Part shown: piece after piece, positions 46,655 to 57,929 of the stretch
Position numbering within the stretch: the stretch's first letter is position 1
How the letters are laid out: every line of letters starts with the position of its first letter
NCBI GenBank assembly: GCA_051294905.1
Contig: CM119381.1
Coordinates: 14,632,001-14,696,000, forward strand
Reading direction: 5' to 3'
Origin: Botryllus schlosseri
Taxonomy: Eukaryota
Length of the DNA: 64,000 nucleotides
Position numbers and translations under genes: made by a program
Notes under the pieces: generated by a model
The model's input: only the letters and a program-made list of their open reading frames with translations
What the model was told of the DNA's origin: nothing
Databases searched by the model: none

Positions 46655-47691
46655 AGACAGAAGACGCGCTGATTGCTGGTGAATCTGGCTGAATAGTTGG
46701 AGAGTGCTTTTGGTGCGCTCCTCCGCGAAGCGCGTGATTTCTTGGCTGACTATGACCGGGATAATGCTGGCACAAATGAAAAGTTGCCACAGCTCTCGGT
46801 ACTTTGGCTGATTTGCATCACAACGAAATCGGGATTGTATCGATCCTTCGCTCTGACGTACAGATCTGCATGCTGACTGTTCAGTTGTCACACTCAACGG
46901 AAGGTCCTGCAGTGTACACATGACTGTTATGAAAGCTTGTTGGAGAAAAAGAAAACTTCATTTTCTCAAGTCCCACTTTAATATTCACTTGCAGTACGCC
47001 TGGTGACGATGAATGCGCGAATTTTCGAAAATTATGAAGCAGTCAAAAAATTGAGATCAGGGGCCACATCAAGCCATATGGTGTTTGAGGATGTGTTGCT
47101 GCTGATGTCGCTTGCCGTGCTGTGCATTTGATGTTAAGCATGAAAGACAGCCTAATCTGAGGTGAACTCCGTAGTTATGTCGCATTCTGCAAATGAATAA
47201 AATGTGTGCCACCGGCCCGCCGCACGAACATTTGTTGTGGTTTTATTGTTTTAGCTTGATCGTGATCGCACCGAGTACTATTACTATGTAACCGAAAGTC
47301 TGGAGCTTTTTCAACTCCCTATTATGTGCAACTGTACATTGTAGTACATCTGTAGCGTCATATACAGCGCGATGCAGGATCAGAGGGAAAATGCTTCTAT
47401 AGTGAAGGTCGCCGAATAATATCAGTATTCATAAATCCACGTCAGAGCATTTAAGCCTATGGGCCGTGACGTTTGCAGTGGGCCACAGATAGATGCATTG
47501 GCGTAGCAGCCATTTGTCGCTTCGCTTCTGGCTCTGCGCCAGGGGTGGCAAAATAGGTTGCCCGACATATGATGGTGAGACCCAATGAAAAGCAACAGAT
47601 CAGCATGCCTCACTTTGACATGTGGTTTCACAAACAGCCTCAAAACTTTCCCCAACCCCGCAATCAACCCATATATATATATATCCTAAAC

Positions 47692-47989
47692 CAGTGGTTC
47701 TCAACCTGGGAGGGCGTGAAAGCATCTGACGGGGGCGCGAAGAAGCGATCAATTGACATTTTTTTTCGCGCCGTGCGCGATATACCTCCAATTCACGAGT
47801 GATTCTCTATATATAGACCGAATTTCATATTTTTGAATTCTCTCATCAACAGTCATAACCTTCCATACCATCAAACAATCTGTCGAGGTTGCTAGTACCC
47901 CGGTTGGATTTTGTGATATGACGATAAGGGGGGCGCGAAATTGTTCACTACCATAAAGGGGGCCGTGTCTAAAATGTTGAGAACCACTG
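47692..47989. mobile_element. hAT (Charlie-like) MITE, 298 bp
   Basis: TIRs cagtggttctcaac / gttgagaaccactg; perfect 8-bp TSD tcctaaac. Confidence 0.92.
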
Positions 47990-48014
47990 TCCTAAACCAA
48001 TCCTCAATCTAATC

Positions 48015-48701
48015 CAGGGGTCGCCAACTCTAAACGGGTCGCGGGCCACTTTTTAAATGTCATAGAGGCCGCAGGCAGCATGAATTCAACGGGGTTGGAA
48101 ATAGGCCACACGGTTTAGCAATCACGATTTTAAAACTTTACGTCAGTACAACGCTGTGCTCTCTAACATTGGCGACGGGCATAGTGCCCCAAAAGAAGTA
48201 ATATTACACTTACGAAATACAAATGCAACAAAATAATATCATGATCATCACCTTCATTGTATTTTGAACTAAGCTGCTGCCAGTGCTGCGCACAATACCT
48301 GACAACGTTTCTAAGCGACTAAAGAATCGATATTGGGGTTAGCTAGACTCGGTACTTGCTGGAAAACTATCTCCTCGTAAAGCTGGATATTGCGGGCATC
48401 CCAAGTCGTTTTCCAAGCATCTCGGTCTTGGCAGTGTCTGGGCCATTGAGCGTCAAGGCAATATGCCCATTGCCCAATGCCCATTTGTATCAACTAATTC
48501 TCCCATCGTGGAATGCTATTATCTTCGCCGAAGCCGTATCAGCTAGTGAGGAATGGTGATGTTGGGCAATCACCAACAACAATACTTTTAATGCCTTCGA
48601 TTTCATCATTCGAAATGCTTTGATATGCGTTCTTACGAAATCTTAATTCAGGCCGCGGGCCGCAAAGTATGACCTCGCAGGCCGCGTGTTGGTGACCCCT
48701 G
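48015..48701. mobile_element. hAT (Charlie-like) MITE, 687 bp
   Basis: TIRs caggggtcgccaac / gttggtgacccctg; TSD atctaatc/atctaatt. Confidence 0.88.
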
Positions 48702-48879
48702 ATCTAATTCATACCCGGCCCTAACCCAAAATTTTACCCACATGCTCATGTGTCTCATGCCCGATTGTCGCATGCTGAAGTGTCACATGCTATTATGTCC
48801 CATGCGTTGGGCACAACTATAATAAATAATTAAAGAATTGGTCACCGTAAATATTATTTTATTCATGATCCAAATTTTT

Positions 48880-49270
48880 CGACGGCAATAACTCCGTATC
48901 CACTGGTTGGAATTGAACCAAATTTGGTGAACATCGTTTCTGTAGACAACCTAACACTTTCATGGGGTGAACAAAAAATTTTCAAATTTTTTGGTATTTA
49001 TTTTTATATAATAAATAGAAACTTTCTTCTCCTGTAGCAATGCGGCTACTGGTTGAAATTGAACCAAATTTGGTGTGCAGGCTTAAATTAGGTAACCTAA
49101 CAATTTTAACAAGTAGCCAGTACGATTTGAGAAAAAAAGTCATTTATGAAGACTCGTATTGTTCACAGACCGGCGAAATGAGGCTGCACAGCACATGCAC
49201 ATTGCACAATGCACATTGCACAGTGTCAACAGCTCGAAGAGATGGCTATAATCACGAGCTAATTTGTTAG
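48880..49270. repeat. Interspersed-repeat-like segment with an internal duplication
   Basis: ctggttg(g/a)aattgaaccaaatttggtg occurs at ~48902 and ~49048; family not assigned. Confidence 0.4.
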
Positions 49271-49577
49271 GTCCAAACTGGAGACGGTGGTTGTTTTCGA
49301 CAATAGGTTATGTTTTGCGTGACAGAGTTTGATGTTTTACAGTTGTTAGAGAAGTCGCATCTACTTGATTCGACACCGTATTTATATTTATGCTTGTGTC
49401 TGAACTCCATGTCTCACCATTGGTGCTTCAATTACGACCTGTGAGAGGAGTTTCTCAAAGCTCAAAATGACAAAGTCGTATTTACGTTCTACCATTAATG
49501 ATGATCGGCTATCAGATATATCGATTCTTACTATAGAAAGAGACTACGCTCAAAAACTAGATTTTGAAGATATTATC

Positions 49578-50070
49578 ACTAATTTTGCTTCGGCGAAAGC
49601 TCGTCAAGTTCAATTTTGAGGCGGCTATTAATCTTTTATTTTTATTAAACACTGCTGCAGTCACGACACCAATGGTTACTGGTTCGAGTCTCGGCTCTGT
49701 CATGTTTCTATGTGTCGGAGGTTTATCTGGGCTTCTCATCGCCGATCCCGCTGTAAATACAGCGCCTTGAAAAGCCCAGAGAAAGAGAGAGCCGAACTCC
49801 TGAAAGATGGATGGCATCAAAAGACTAAGTTGCGGGCGCATGAAAATCGAGAGAGACTGATTGTGGAAGAGCGCGTGCATGGAAGTCGTCCGTAATAGCC
49901 TACGACGAAAAGACCGTAAAAAGACAGTTGACATTACTGAAATTGATGTACTGGGCGCAAATGACCTTATAGGCGATAAGCGTGTTGTGCGAATAAAAAC
50001 AAACAAACTAATTTTGCTTCGGCGAAAGCTCGTAAAGTTCAATTTTGAGGCGGCTATTAATCCTTTATTT
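49578..50070 (+). repeat. ~64-bp direct repeat pair 429 bp apart
   Basis: actaattttgcttcggcgaaagctcgt(c/a)aagttcaattttgaggcggctattaatc(t/c)tttattt at 49578 and 50007. Confidence 0.85.
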
Positions 50071-51302
50071 GCCGAATATATTTGTTCTCTGTTTTCTGCC
50101 TTTTATTTTTGACCTTTCGTCTCCTTTCTCAAGCAATATAGAACTTCTCAGACGCGGCGCATTGTAATTATTTATATTTTTGCAATGTTCCCTCCTTTTT
50201 TCACGAGTCTGCGCGTACGCACCAGCTCACTGTGCGGTCCCTTGGAGAACAGTGCGTAACGACTAAAAAACTTTAAAAAAGTCATCACTTCGGCTGTCTT
50301 GTGCGCGGCACATGTTTTTCTGTGCGCAACGACTTTGCCAGCAGTGATGGGCCGCGCACGCGCGCGGCTTAGAGGGAACATATGCTGCAGCACCACTGGA
50401 TGGATGCCGACCCTTTTCAAGTAATCAGCTTCCCAAGTAGGTCCGTAAGAATGTCTGGGCAACGTTGTTCACCTTTTAGCAGTCAGCTTATCAAATTTAG
50501 AGGTGGAACATTTTCAATTCGGAAATTGGACAGCGAACATAAAAAGGTTTGGAACTACGCCTCTACAAGATTGACATACCTGGTATATGTACTAATTAAT
50601 CAATTTCTTGTCCAGTAACACATTTTCGATTAAATAATCGGTGTTTCTTTACGGTGGGTCATGGTGGCTTACCATTTCAGCAAAATATTCATTGATATTG
50701 GGAAGCATATTCTCCCCACTTCTGTTTACCATTGAAATGACGCAAAAATTATTTGGATCTGATTGTGTTATCACGAGTAGGCTATGTAGCCTATAGCCCG
50801 ACCACAATGCTGTAGGGCAGTACCTTCATGAATTGTTCTGTTTCACGACTTCAGGGGATGCATGTCTGACAGGAGAGATCTCTGCTGTGGATTAGTATGT
50901 AGCCTAAGTCTCACGGGCACCTGCGCACGTCAACAATACAAATACAGGACTGCGTCAAGCGGTTTACCTTCGGCTTCATGCCATAACTGACTATTTGATA
51001 TCGAAGTATCGGAAGGCATATGAGTATATACGACACTATGTCACGTAATAAAACTGACGGCTCGGCTCACCAATATCACCAAACAATCGCCGCTTACTTA
51101 TACTTACAGATTGCTGTAACTAATCAATACCATTAATCATCAGATTATATTTTCCACCTAGGGGAGATGTGGTACCGATGGATCAAAAATTGGAAAATGA
51201 TCGCTGGCCCCAAAATGTTCAGCCGAAAACAGCAGGTCTTTTGCTTGCTCAGCACTTTGATACAAGCTCTACCTATCGCGCACATATACATGAATAGGTA
51301 TA

Positions 51303-51512
51303 GTGGCGAGATAGCGCAGTGGTATAATCCGCGGCTGCAACACTAATGGGTGCGGTTTCGAGTCCGACCGAGGTCGACTTCCGAATTCCGATACCTAAGT
51401 GTTGGAGGTATACCTAGGCTCCTCCTCGCCACCTCATCCGCGTCAGCGGTGTCTTACAAAAGCCTAGAGGTGGGCCGCGCTATAATTCGGCAGTTACGGA
51501 AAAATAAGAAGA
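51303..51512 (+). mobile_element. tRNA-derived SINE-like element
   Basis: A box TAGCGCAGTGG (51312-51322) and B box GGTTTCGAGTCC (~51354-51365), followed by a non-tRNA body and an A-rich tail (aaaaataagaagaat). The acceptor stem does not pair. Confidence 0.6.
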
Positions 51513-52899
51513 ATATCGGCCTGGTGTAAATGACCATAGTAGTCGAAAAACACCATGAATACCCCAAAACAAACAAGCAAATATACATGAATACCCGTCT
51601 TTTCAAAAAATATTTATGGACGTTCAAAATTTGTTGCTCGAACGTGTCATCGGTCCCCACCCAGTGGGTCCAGTGGGACACGACCCGAGGACCTATGACA
51701 CATATACCCTAAATACCTCAGATGTGACAACTTTTCTTGCTCAGTATTATAATCTAAGCTACAGCAAGCCAAAGAAGAATGTTTCATCGCAACCGTCAAG
51801 AAATAGAATAAATATTAACTCAAATGTTGTCATAAAATCACGTTTCGATTTAGGCTCGGACTCATAAATTTGAGGGTACATACATATTGCCCGAAAATCG
51901 ACAGTGCGACTTCCAAACACCTCGTTATAGCGATAAAACATCATATGCAATTATTACATAAAGATTTTCTGTACGTAGGCATGTTTCATTTGTTTTACGA
52001 TTAGTATGCTTGATTATTTTGCTTGATTTGGCTATTGTATCATCGGCGGACCCCACCCTGCGAATTTTATACATGAATCGAAAAAAATTCCACTCAAGGA
52101 AAGTACTGAAAAAATAATAGGTGCCATTATATAGCCTGATACAAGCCCTGCACTTCACAATAAAAATGATTGCTGGTTTGTTCGTGTTGAAGGTTACAAA
52201 GAAAAATATGTATGTCGATATAAATTTACTTTACACCCCCCCCCCCCAACACAAAAAACATCTGTGAGAGACCCCATAGCTCGCGCACGTCGAATTTTTT
52301 TGTATGTGAGGAAAGATTTTGCCAGCAAGCAATTGTGGACAAGTTCATGGAGTGTAATGATGGAATTATCATAGAGAATTTTCAAAGTATTTTCGGTCCC
52401 AGTAATCCATCGGTACCACAACTCCCCTACCCAAAACACTCACAGAACACTGCAATATACATTATATAAGACACAAATAGGATGCAAATGAACAGATAGG
52501 AGGATGCCGAAACGACCAGTTGCTTGCCGCCGCCAGTGTGTTTTCCAATTGACAAAAAATATCAATAAATTACTGTCAGAATCTCTAAAGTCTGAATTGT
52601 TACTGTCACGTAACATTAAAGAGCCAATTTCTTCTATGTTTCGAGCCCATGCTATATTTTCCAAGTGGAAAGTGATTCACGGCTAGGGACCGATTTGAAA
52701 TCGAATCACGACAATAACAGCATTGCTGGCAAAGTGGTTTCGATTGACGGTCCCCTTACAACTGGTCAGTGGTCACTGACTATATATACTTATTATATCG
52801 AGGCGATCTTTCGCTCAGAGTTACCATTAAATTGAAAGCGATTGTGCATGGAATCACCCAACCGACCACAAAGTCGGGAACAATTTACCATTTTTTCAT

Positions 52900-52976
52900 G
52901 ATTTTACTCCAGCATTGTAAGTCTGAAAATTTTGAAAAGTGTCCTCTTTTCAGATTCCCAGAATATGATAACCCTA
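52900..52976 (-). mobile_element. End fragment of the TAGGGTTACCATA MITE family
   Basis: Reverse complement tagggttatcatattctgggaatctgaaaagaggacacttttcaaaa matches the left end of 57977-58269; no partner TIR with a TSD found. Confidence 0.55.
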
Positions 52977-53250
52977 TGTGAGGTGCATAGCATCACAATT
53001 AACCGATGCCTTGGAAGAGGAAAGTATTCTTGACATTTCAACTAGTCATCTTTTCAGCCCTCATCTACCTTTACGCCTTCGAATAGGTTATATTTACGCT
53101 GTTGGAAGCAATATGTGGCAGACGGTGTCCAATGATTTTCAGTATGAAGACAGATTTTAATTTAGTTTCGATATATTTCTGTCCCGCTGTAAATTTCGAT
53201 AAATAAGATCACAAGCCGTGGTTCGATTTTACCCATCGCTATATTATCAG

Positions 53251-54126
53251 CAGGGCGATTTTTTTTGACATGTCAACATTTGTCAAAATTTTGTCAAAAT
53301 TGTAGCGTTAGGTCAAAATTTGTCAAAATTGTTTACAAAGTCAAAATTTTTTTGACCTCAGCATTTCGTTTGTATCGTAGATTTTGCACTGTCGGCGAGC
53401 TTATCATTTGTCAGTTTACAGCTTGTAGCCTACTATAGGCCTACCGTTGTAAACGTCCCATCATCTGTTCATTGTGAATCATAAACGGTCAAATGAAACA
53501 AATAGGTGGACATGGTTTTATGGTCAACGTACCGCAATATCCTAACTGAAGCAAGACTGTCTGGACATTGCACGGTTCTTATATCAAGAAGCGCAAGCTG
53601 AAAAATTGTGATGTAGACAATATTGTCAGAATGAAGCAACACGGCGTGTCACCAGCAGTGTACGCACGCACAACTTCAGTGTTGTCAGCCAACAAATGCT
53701 GCTGTTGAACGTTCTTTCTCCATTCTTGGCAAGCTACTTGTAAGGACAGACACTTTCTACCCGAGAATGTAAGAAAGTATCTTTCGTTGTTGTACTACAA
53801 CAAAATTTATAATACGTGATACGTAATACGTGATGTAAATACTGGAATTCTTCATAGGGCAAGATTTCGTTAAAATACTAGTTTTTTCATGTAAAAATTT
53901 ATCAGTTTTTGAGCCAAAAACGTTTTATCAGGCCAAACTACTTCGTAAGGACAGACAGTTCCAATCAGAAATGAAGATAAGTAGTACAATTTTAAGTATG
54001 CGAAAACACCTAATTTGCATACGTGAGGTCAAATTTTGGTCAAAATTCATTTTTTAGGTAAAAAAAAATCGACATTTAAATTTTTTTGGTCAAAATCTTC
54101 CGTTTTTAGGTAAAAAAATCGCCCTA
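53251..54126 (+). mobile_element. Non-autonomous hAT derivative, 876 bp, intact ends
   Basis: TIRs cagggcgattttttt / aaaaaaatcgcccta; perfect TSD attatcag; internal remnant QPTNAAVERSFSILGKLL...ENVRKYLSLLYYN of a hAT C-terminal dimerisation domain. Confidence 0.92.
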
Positions 54127-54670
54127 ATTATCAGATGTCATGCCTTATCTACTTCGATGTCACGCAGTAGCTTTGTGCCTTGGAATGAAAAAAAGATCGT
54201 ACATAGGCATTCATATTTTCATATGCCGAAGACACGAAATCTACAGTACGAAACACAAAACCATGTATTGAACAGATAGTATACCTCCCTGTACTTGTAT
54301 CGTAAATATACGGTTTCGTCACTATGCCTCACGTATTTCATAAATACGACAATGGAAAGAATATATAGGGCAGGCTAGCCGTTCTTTATCGATAGCAACT
54401 GATCGAATTTCGTTTTTAATGCCAGAACCCTGCTTGGCCACTGAATGGTGGTACGCCAAAACCCATGTGTTCACAACGACTGTTTCCTCTCATATAACCT
54501 GGAGATTTAGTAAATGGAATGATATTATCAATATCCTGACCTAATTAGCCAAACTACTCCGCGAAAGAAGGAAAAAATGAGAAAGTAGATCTACATTGAA
54601 TATGAATTTCGGCTAGTTCCGTCGCGAGAAAAGCGGGAAATAGTTATATCCTCTTCATATATTTCGATTA

Positions 54671-54678
54671 TGACGTCA
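54671..54678 (+). promoter_or_regulatory. CRE palindrome TGACGTCA upstream of the H1/PL gene
   Basis: ttatgacgtcata ~65 bp before the first ATG, with AT-rich attaatata just downstream. The motif is frequent elsewhere in the window. Confidence 0.3.
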
Positions 54679-54742
54679 TAGGCAAAATTCATTAATATAC
54701 CAGTTTCGGTTACGTCCGAAAGATAGCAATAAATCCACAATC

Positions 54743-55366
54743 ATGACAATATGCGGTAATCTAAACATAGTTATGGCATATGCTAAGGAATCCGAAGCAG
54801 ACATGACCCCCGCCACCTCGGAAGAGAGTGTTGCCGTGCCGGAGCCCTCGACCGGAGGCCCGAGCTCTCGCCACCCTAGCTACAACGCGATGGTGAAGAA
54901 AGCCATTGTTTCTCTTAAGAACAAAAGTGGTGCTTCGCCAAAAGCCATCTCCAACTTCATCTGCAGCAACTTCGGCGTCAAAAAGACACCATGTGTAAGC
55001 GCAGTAGCCCGATCCCTGAAGAGAATGACCAAGAAGGGATTGGTCGCCAGGAACAGGCGAAACCGCTACAAGCTCACCGGAAAGGGCCGTAAGAACAAGC
55101 GCCGACGCAGGCGACGTGGCCGCAAGGCTTCCAAGAAGGCCGGACGCAGACGCCGCAAGAAGAAGTCCAAGAAGTCCAAGAAATCTAAGAAGTCCAAGAA
55201 GGGCAAGAAGAGGAGGCGAAAGGCTGCTAAGAAATCCCGCAAGGCTCGCCGTGGCCGCAAGCGCAGACGTGCGACCAAGAAGCGCACCCGACGTGTGACT
55301 AAGAGACGCACGCGCAAGCGAGGAAAGAAGGCGAAGAAGGCCGGAAGGAGAAGGCGCAAGCGTTAA
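54743..55366 (+). CDS. Histone H1-related, protamine-like (PL-I type) basic nuclear protein, intronless
   Basis: H15 winged-helix motifs HPSYNAMVKKAIVSLKNKSGASPKAISNFI...SLKRMTKKGLV...RYKL, followed by a ~95-aa tail almost entirely of Lys, Arg, Ser, Ala, Gly and Thr. Acidic N-terminal arm; alternative starts at 54773 and 54803. ATTAAA at 55399-55404 and no histone stem-loop. Confidence 0.9.
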   Translation: MTICGNLNIVMAYAKESEADMTPATSEESVAVPEPSTGGPSSRHPSYNAMVKKAIVSLKNKSGASPKAISNFICSNFGVKKTPCVSAVARSLKRMTKKGLVARNRRNRYKLTGKGRKNKRRRRRRGRKASKKAGRRRRKKKSKKSKKSKKSKKGKKRRRKAAKKSRKARRGRKRRRATKKRTRRVTKRRTRKRGKKAKKAGRRRRKR

Positions 55367-55899
55367 GCTACACATCATGTCGCTTTCTGAAAAAAAAAAT
55401 TAAAGTTTCGAATTTTTTCTGACTATTTTGACTTTGATGAAATACAAATCGGGATTTGTTATTTGGTAAAAAAAAGTCTATTGATATTCGCTGTTTGTAG
55501 GGATTTTGGAGTCGTGTAATCGGTGACAATCTGCATGACATGATAAGGCTATCGATGACGCTATTCTTTCGTTATAGTCTCACGCGGGCGCCGCGAGACT
55601 AGTATGGCAATAATAAGTGGCTTCGTATAAAACACTCCTCGTCAACAATGTCATTTCAAAGATCGAGTAGCTAGACCAGCAACAGCGTGAGGTGTATATA
55701 ACAAAGTTCTCGTGGCCTATTGATCACACTTGGATTTTAATTCTCGCTAGACGTAAGAGCGTGAAAGTTGCAATAAATATGCCTATACCTGCCAAGTTAT
55801 AGCCTAAAACATATATAGTCGAAATACAAGCAATTACTACTAAATAAATACAGTCCATCCTCAAGATTACCGGACCACGACTGGCCTATCGATCTCGCT

Positions 55900-56131
55900 T
55901 CCCATGGCATGCCGCCCTATTCTTGTCGCTTTCTTTTTCTGTACTATCTTCTTCACTTTCATTCAGTGTGCATGCCTCCTCTTTACATCGCCTAGGCCAA
56001 GGTGGGTGTCTGATTCCATAGACCACTCCTATAGTCGCTTCGACATCTTCCTGTCTTTTCATTGTATCGCATTTTTTGTGGTGTATTGAACTGATAAAAT
56101 TACTAATAAACCAATGATGATGATGATGATA
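55900..56131 (+). repeat. Diverged repeat resembling a retroposon 3' end with (ATG)n tail; second copy at ~57400-57620
   Basis: Shared blocks ttttcattcagtg...tttacatcgcctaggc...gtcgcttcgaca...tggtgt...taaaatta in both copies. Confidence 0.45.
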
Positions 56132-56414
56132 TATAATATATATACACAGGTGGTCAACGTAGCCATCGTCGGTAGGCTACTCAAGTAGGAGTAACGTCGC
56201 AAATTTACCCTCAAGTATACGAGTAGAAATAGAGATTTCGAGGACAGTAAAAGATTTGCCTAGAGTACTCCGAGGGAGTAGAATCATATTGTCTTTACCT
56301 GAGCATCGTTATCCGGACTCGCTCTTGCTTCGTCATCGCACATTGTCACATTCTTTATTGCTTCAAAAAATTTTCAACAACACGCTTATAGTTATCCAAT
56401 CAGATGCTTATTAT

Positions 56415-56833
56415 TAGAGCCCGACCGATTATCGGTTTGCCGATAATATCGAGTCGATATCACACTTTGAAAGAATTATCGGTATCGGTCATCGGATTTG
56501 AAAATATGTCGGCAATTTTCGTGACGTCACAGCATGGTGGTACGAAGTCAGAAACCTACAATCCTTGACCGTTAGATTGAGAATCTTGCTGTATTTCATA
56601 TAGCTTACACTTTCAAAGTGTCTAGATGCAGCCATTCTAGTTTATTTCATGTTCCAATGTGACAATAGCTTTAAAGCTGTTGTTATAAATGCTCTGCAGT
56701 TTTGAAAATGCGCCTTTTGAGGTAGATTCTACCTTATTTGGATATCGGCTGAATATATCGGTGTTATCGGTGAAGGTGTTAGATATCGGTTATATCGGTA
56801 TCGGCACAAAAATCCAATATCGGTCGGGCTCTA
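56415..56833. mobile_element. hAT-type MITE, 419 bp
   Basis: TIRs tagagcccgaccgat / atcggtcgggctcta; perfect TSD cttattat; internal atcgg/ccgat subterminal repeats. Confidence 0.92.
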
Positions 56834-57929
56834 CTTATTATTATGACAATTATGGTATAATACGGTAAGTATACATAAATATCGTCCGAAGGTTAAGGTC
56901 GAAATATAACCTCTGTAAGTTCTCTAGGTTTGATATAAACTTATTGTCCTTACCTGAGCCTCGTTATCCGATTGCGAACTCACTCTTGCTTTATCGTCAT
57001 TTGTGTTTTTCCGTATATATATATATTTGAATCGGACGTGATGTCATAATGTCAATTTTCACTTTTACGATGCCAAACAAACCATAAACTACTTAACCAA
57101 ACTTCTACACCTAGTTGTAATCCACACAAATAACGATAACATTGCCGCGGCGGATAGATCAGATTATGACGTCACAATCAATAGAAGTTATCTTTCTGAG
57201 ACCGCAATCATTTGCAGCGGAGCTTAGTTATTGTATCGCTGGGCGGGTTGACTAATGTGGCTGTCGACCTAAATCTCACTAAGGCTATATATATAGTCCT
57301 GCGAAAAAGTTTTGTTACATCATGGCCACACTTTGTCAGCGGTCGATATTATACCGAACCACAATCTGATATAACGACCTCGCCTTCCAACACGTTATTA
57401 CCCCACTTTTATCTCTTGACCTTTTTATTTTATCTTCTATACTTTTCATTCAGTGCACAGTGTACGCCTGTTTTTTGCATCGTCTAGGCTAGGTCAGGAC
57501 ATTGAAAGTCTGATTTTAAGACATGTCCAAGTCGTTTCGACACCTTACTATCTTATCATTGCAAAATAATCTTATGGTGTTTGTGAAAAGGTAAAATTAA
57601 TGCAATACACTTAACTTAACAATAATTGGTATACGGCCTACGTGCAATACGTACAGTACATACGCATACGTATACACTTTTCAGCGTAAATTTACTATAC
57701 GATTTCAGTCCTTCGATCGCTTCTCATATATAGCTTGGCGGTTATCGAGCCGGCCTATCTGGTGATTCGCATTTTCATAATTTTCCAGTGCCACCATTAT
57801 GACGTCATAGCAGTAATGACGATCGGGAAAGTTCTCCTAAATTGAGGTTTTAATTCTCAGTACACTATATGATTTCGCGTAGAATCCGTTAGAAAGAGCG
57901 AGACGGCCTATAGAGGTACAATGCAGAGT

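Noticed and set aside
46604-46921. 105-aa minus ORF overlapping the INTS7 3' end
   Set aside because: No recognisable family and no open upstream exon found; most likely INTS7 3' UTR.
51303-51376. Possible tRNA-Cys gene
   Set aside because: Acceptor stem and T-arm pair poorly and there is no T-run terminator directly after; treated as a SINE head instead.
54761-55378. 205-aa and 97-aa antisense ORFs over the H1-like gene
   Set aside because: Mirror ORFs expected from low-complexity AAG/CGC codon runs.
55367-55420. Replication-dependent histone 3' stem-loop
   Set aside because: No GGYYYTTYNNARRRCC hairpin seen; an ATTAAA is present instead.
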